Source of the DNA: the human T2T-CHM13v2.0 reference genome, Homo sapiens
Strand: one strand, 5' to 3'
DNA length: 64,000 nucleotides
NCBI RefSeq assembly: GCF_009914755.1
Contig: NC_060934.1
Position numbers and translations under genes: made by a program. How positions within the stretch are numbered: position 1 is the stretch's first letter; each line of letters starts with the position of its first letter. The notes beneath the pieces are model-generated. The model worked only from the letters and a program-made list of their open reading frames with translations. It did no database searches and was not told where the DNA came from. Positions 58,740-64,000 of this stretch are shown here, one piece after another.

Positions 58740-59031
58740 TTTTTTTGAGACAAGGTCTGGCTCTGTCACCCAGGCTGGAGTGCTGTGATGCGATCATAGC
58801 TCACTGCAGCCTTGACCTCCCAGGCTCCAGTGATCCTCCCACCTCAGCCTTCTGAGTAGCTGGGCTGGGACCACAGGCGCGTGCCATAACACCTGGCTAA
58901 TTTTTGTGTATTTGGTAGAGATGGGGTTTCGCCATGTTGCCCAGGCTGGTCTCGAACTACTGAGCTTGAGCAATCCACCTACCTCGGCCTCCCAGTGTTG
59001 GGATTACAGGTGTGAGTCACCGTGCCTGGCC
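58740..59031 (-). mobile_element. AluJ
   Basis: GATCATAGCTCACTGCAGCCTTGACC; AAACTTT flanks. Confidence 0.95.
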
Positions 59032-60902
59032 AGAAAACTTTGATATAAAAAAAAAAAGCTCTCAACGGTTGATTTTACTAATGATTCCATGATATGGAAT
59101 CTTTTCAGGTGAAAAGGTAAGAACCGAGAGTGGGGCTAACTGAAATATTACTGGAGAAATAAGAAAAAGTTCTATTCTTCAGAAAGTTCCAATTTGACAC
59201 CAGGAACTTAAAGCAAAATGATCTTTGGTAAATATAGATCTCTCCAACTTTTGCAAAGCAAAAGAATCTTTAACTTTCTGGCTTCATCTTCTTAAGCTTT
59301 TTCAGGGTCAAACAGAATTCATTAGCCAATTAGCTCAGAGAAAATAAGGTGGCATATATGCTATTTCATGTAGAAAAAGAGCAAAGTGTTCAATTTTTCT
59401 GCTTTTCAGCTGAACTGACAGATATTCTTTGTTCTCTGGGAATGTGATGATTTAGGCCAGAATTCTGCTTCCTGAATAATTCAGATAATTGCCACAACTC
59501 CACACTTTGCTTGAGTCTGAGATGTGACTTCAGAAGGCAAGTGATCAAATTAGAATCATGTTTTGATGACCTTTGTTTTAAGCTCTTTTTTGAAGGAAAG
59601 GAATAGATATTTACTGCCTAATTAAACATTTTGATGTATTTTGAAAACACAGATGAACCACACAGACACTGAGCATTATTAGTATAATATTAAGTGTTGG
59701 GCAGTGGAGCATGAGTTTGTTATACTAGACTTTGTTCCGTAGGAATCATCCAATCAGACATTTTGGTCAAGCAGATGTTACAGTCTAGATGTTCAAGGAG
59801 ACAAAGTTTCCTCCTGGCCCTCAGGAGCTGTGTGCACAAGTGATGCTTGTTACGTGGCTCCGTAGTTGTCAGTCTGTGTCACGTCACTCAGTGCCACCGT
59901 CCCGTGCTGTAAACAGAAGAGAGAAGTCTGAGGGCTAGAATTATATTAGGTGTTTCTTGGGGTCTTATTGACATGGGAGCATCTAACAAGTGCACATGGA
60001 ACTTTACTACCTAAAAACAAATTTAATTAAAAGATTTGAAAGCAAAGTCACTGCTGCTAGACTTGGCCCCTGTAATAGAAGGTGGGCTTCACTTTGATAT
60101 CACAATGTGATTGTTTACCCACTTTGTGGACGTGTCCTCAAGCCCTTGGGTAATGCTACCAACTTAGAGCAGCTTCTCCTGCCCACGTGGTTTGAGCCGT
60201 TTGCCTGGCAGGGTCCATAATTTAGCCTGAGCCACCTGCATGCCTCGTCCCAAGTGACCAAAATGCAGGTTTGCTGCCTGGGGTGGACGTGTGCCCGTGT
60301 AGCTGCAGAGCAGTCGGGAGTCATGTGGTCCTGGCAGGTTGAGCCTTCAGAGCGGTGATGGGCCCATAGTCCGGGAAAGAGGTGATGCAGCTTAAATAAA
60401 GAGATATTTTGCAAGTAAAGTCAACAGCTGGTGGGTGACTGGGTGTGGGGATGAGGGAGAGGAAGCACACACGGCTCAAGGCATCTGGCTGGGGGCCCTG
60501 AAAATAGACAGATTTCTTTTCCTGGAAACAGCCTGAGAGCCCAGCTGGCCTGCAGACCCTTCTTTCACGTGATGTTTATGCTTAAATCCAGGCTATAAAC
60601 GGATCAAAGTGGAGCGACCCTGGTGGGAGCAAAGAGGGATGCCCAGGTCTTGCCCCCAGCTTCCTCCTCTCCTGCTGTGGGCACCCCTGAGCACCTCCAG
60701 AGAAGCGGCATGTAGGGCCCCGAGCTTGAGGGTGGATGTCACAGGAGAGCCATGAAGAGCACCGGCTCAGAAACTCGGCTTCTCCTGCAGGGCACTGGGC
60801 AGGTGGCTTAGACTCTGCCAGGGCTCTGTGGCCTCAGTCTGTAAGCTGGTGATGAGGATGGCTGGGCACCCTGGCTGCGAGCATGCCAAGAGATGAAGAC
60901 AG

Positions 60903-61257
60903 TGTATTTAGCCCCTTTTCACGCTGCTGATAAAGACATATCCGAGACTGGGTAATTTATAAAGAAAAAGAGGTTTAATGGACTCACAGTTCCATGAGGC
61001 CTCACAATCACGTCAGAAGACAAAAGGCACGTCTCACATGGCAGCAGGCAAGAGAGAATGAGAGACCAAGCGAAAGGGGTTTCCCCTTATAAAACCGTCA
61101 GATCTTGTGAGAATTATTCACTACCACAAGAACAGTATGGGGGAAACCACCCTCATGATTCAATTAACTCCCACTGGATCCCTCCCACAACATGTGGGAA
61201 TTATGGGAGCTACAATTCAAGATGAGATTTGGTTGGAGATACAGCCAGTCCATATCA
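60903..61257 (-). mobile_element. THE1 solo LTR
   Basis: TGTATT...GCTGCTGATAAAGACATATCCGAGACTGGG...CCATATCA; perfect TSD GACAG at 60898-60902 and 61258-61262. Confidence 0.95.
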
Positions 61258-61423
61258 GACAGAGTGCCCAGCTGAGTGAGGACACAGTGAGCACTGCCTA
61301 CATGCTGTTGGGAGGACTCCTGCTCTTGCATCTTACAGACCAGGAGGCTGCCCAGGGCACACAGGCATCCGTGTAGAGACAGCACTGGAATCAAGCTGCC
61401 CAGAGTCCTTGCATATTCTCACT

Positions 61424-61635
61424 CAGTGGTTGGCAAGCTCTTCTGCAACACGTATTTCTGTAGTACATATTTGAGGCTTTGGGGACCATATGGTCTCTAT
61501 CCCCACAAGTCTATTGCAGCTTGGAGAGAAAGGAGCCACAGACAACATGGAGGTAAATGGGCATGGCTCAGCCAACACAGCTCTGCAGGAACAGGGGGCA
61601 GGTGGCCCTCTGTGGGCCCCTGTTCTGAATTGCCA
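61424..61635 (+). mobile_element. MER58A-like hAT-Charlie element
   Basis: CAGTGGTTGGCAA...GGCTTTGGGGACCATATGGTCTCT...GCCACAGACAAC...AAATGGGCATGGCT. Confidence 0.7.
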
Positions 61636-62059
61636 TGAATAAATCACAGCATCTTTGGTAACTGAGTTCTGAGATGCCGGACTGTCCACAGCTGGGGCTA
61701 ATTCGGCTGTGTGCCACAACTCAGGCTTTCTTGGTCATGTGAGTGCCTCTCGCCGCTGGAATGTCCACTCCGTGCTGTGTCCTCCTGACACCTGCCCGGG
61801 GCCGCTTACGTAGCATGTGGCAGAGCCAGGAGGTGACCACTCTTTAACCACTGTGCTAAGTCAGAGGTCAGCTCTTCATCGCCAGCCAGTCCTCCCCCAA
61901 GCTCCGGACCCTGTCTCATCCCACCTTCTGGACTCGCTCCAGGGGCCATCTCTGCTTTCTCCTGGGCCATCAGCCTCACCCTTCCTACTGGCCCCTTCCC
62001 ATCAACAGTTAACACACACAAGGCCACTGCCCAGTTAGCATCTTCAAAACATTCTGGAT

Positions 62060-62185
62060 CCCTCTTCTGTCTCCCTTCCTCCCTTTTCTTCTTCCTCTCT
62101 CCTCTCTTCTCCCCTCTCCCTCTCTCTCTCCTCTCTCACCTCCTCTGTCTCACTCTTGTTCTCTCTCACACGCTCTCCTCCCTTT
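62060..62185. repeat. CT-rich low-complexity tract
   Basis: Direct reading. Confidence 0.85.
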
Positions 62186-62456
62186 GCAGCCGAGCTTCGT
62201 GTAAGCATCACCAGCACCCAGGGGCTCCGTTTCCTCACCTCCCACTCCCTCAGCCCACGGCAATCTGCCTTCTGCCCTCGTTACGCCCCAGAAACCTCCC
62301 TTAGCTTGCCAGTGACCTCCAATGGGCTGTTTCGGTCTCTATCTTGCCACATTATTGACTTTAAATAAATGTTTATATAAAATAAATGAATAAAGGGATA
62401 AACCAATAAATGAACATATGAAATCTCACAAGAAAAACCCCACTCATTTCCCACCA

Positions 62457-62516
62457 CTCTAACCAGCTTAGCTCTGGAGAGCCACATCCCTCTAACCAGC
62501 TTAGCTCTGGAGAGCC
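62457..62516 (+). repeat. Tandem duplication, 27-bp perfect unit at 33-bp period
   Basis: CTCTAACCAGCTTAGCTCTGGAGAGCC at 62457-62483 and 62490-62516. Confidence 0.95.
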
Positions 62517-63424
62517 CCAAATCAGCACACCCCAATATCATGGCTTCTCCAGCTGAGGTCCTGGGAATCTCATATCCCATCCTCACCCCATCCAGATCCA
62601 CTGAGTAAGGGTCTCTGGGCATGGGTCTGGGACCTGCACTGTGAACAGATACTTGAGATGAAGCTTAGGCACATTACAGCTGGAGGGCCACTGCCCCACA
62701 TCTGCTCTTCTGTGAATTTTTCTGATCCAGCAATCTCTTCATAATCAATTAGATTGAAAACAATGAGTAGGGATTCTGCCTTTAAAAACATCCACAGAAA
62801 CAAAGGGAAAATAAGTGTTCTCTTTGGCATGCAATAGTGCCCGGGGTCCGGTGGGTCCTTGGTTTGCTCATGACACTTACCCTTTCCACCAAGGCTGTTA
62901 CTAAGGGTTGCTAGCACAGGACAACACGCAGGGCACTCCAGCCCGGGGACGTGTGCTCTGATCAGCTTCTGCTGACATCTTGGAGACAGTGATCTGTTTT
63001 CTCTGTTTCCAATTTTTGGAACAAGAAAGTCTTATTTAGCAGGCAGAACTGCTTCTCAGAAAAATGCAAATGAGAGAACCCTTCCCCTCTTATGTGGAAT
63101 GTTCAGTCGCTCTTGGTCCTTGTGATTAATAACTCGAGTCCTTTCTGTTTGTATGTTAGTTTCCATATATACAACACTGCATGGACTTTAGTGCATTTGA
63201 CTCGAGCAACAATCACAGAGAGGTGGGTGGGGCATTCACCGCATCGTTACTTCCACAGATACCCAGAGGGTGCCTGTTATGTGCCCGGCGCCAGCCCTGG
63301 GTGCCATGGGAACACTGAAGAGAGACTGACATGGATGCTGCCGCCCTCGGGTACCTCCCAGGCTGCTGGAGGAGACAAGCCACGGACACAGCCACTAGTG
63401 CCACCTACAAAGTAACGAGTGCCT

Positions 63425-63540
63425 GCGGACTAGATCGTAAGTTCCTTGAAACCAAGAACAGAGACGACCACTCATATCCTCTGTGCCATGCACAGGGCCT
63501 GGTGGGAGTCAATTTTCACTAAACCTGGTCAAATGAATGA
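63425..63540 (+). mobile_element. L2 3' end fragment
   Basis: ACTAGATCGTAAGTTCCTTGA...GCACAGGGCCTGG...AAATGAATGA. Confidence 0.6.
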
Positions 63541-64000
63541 GACCAGTCAAGTGCTTCAGAAATTCAGAGTTGGGTTGGGATGAGTGGGGTCACTTCCCGA
63601 TGAGGTGCACCCGTGGATTCGGGGCTTCCTGAAGGAGGGGACATTTGGACCCAGCAGCTCTCCCCAGCTTGTAGAGCTTCACACGATCTCTCAAGCTCAA
63701 ACCTTTACAGATTAAATGTAAACTCACGGTGTCCTTGGAAAGTCAAGTTTATTTCTTAGAACATCAACCTGCATACCTTACACCTTGTACTTGAAGGAAA
63801 CATTTTCTCCACCCCAAAGGCCCATTTTCATTCAGTATTCTTAGTATTAATTAAGAGAGTTTTCTCCTTTTTGTTTTTACTTTATTTTATGATTAAAAAA
63901 TGTAATACAGTATCATTATAAATAATTTAGAAAGTAGAAAAAGGTTTGAACAATAAGGAAAAAAGTCAACTGTAATCCCATTACCTAGAGGTAGTTCTGA

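Noticed and set aside
63300-63313. Second X-box-like sequence GGTGCCATGGGAAC
   Set aside because: Left half deviates from GTT and it appears to lie in an L2-like remnant.

Overview
Hominid (most likely human) non-coding genomic DNA. The evidence is Alu elements, L1PA and older L1M fragments, THE1/MST/MLT LTRs, Tigger1, MER elements and an SVA. I found no credible protein-coding gene or RNA gene; the supplied ORFs are chance frames or come from Alu, SVA, L1 or Tigger1. The standout structure is a very recent 1,237-bp complex templated insertion at 33828-35064, built from three nearby donors. These are a 264-bp inverted copy of 27026-27289, a 121-bp piece of the AluJ at 38930-39050, and an ~860-bp direct copy of 27405-28265. 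The last two join in register at a 7-bp Alu-Alu microhomology, the signature of serial template switching (FoSTeS/MMBIR). The donor interval also holds an older 14-bp template-switch hairpin and a tandem Alu insertion. Other points of interest: a full-length SVA with 9 extra 5' bases inside its TSD, a ~95-bp young L1 3' end with no TSD, a degenerate duplicated module with CTCF-like and ETS motifs (48630-48873), a near-perfect RFX X-box (58099-58112), and motif-rich repeat-poor blocks that may be enhancers. Repeat subfamily names come from my recollection of consensus sequences, not a database search, and boundaries of old repeats are approximate.
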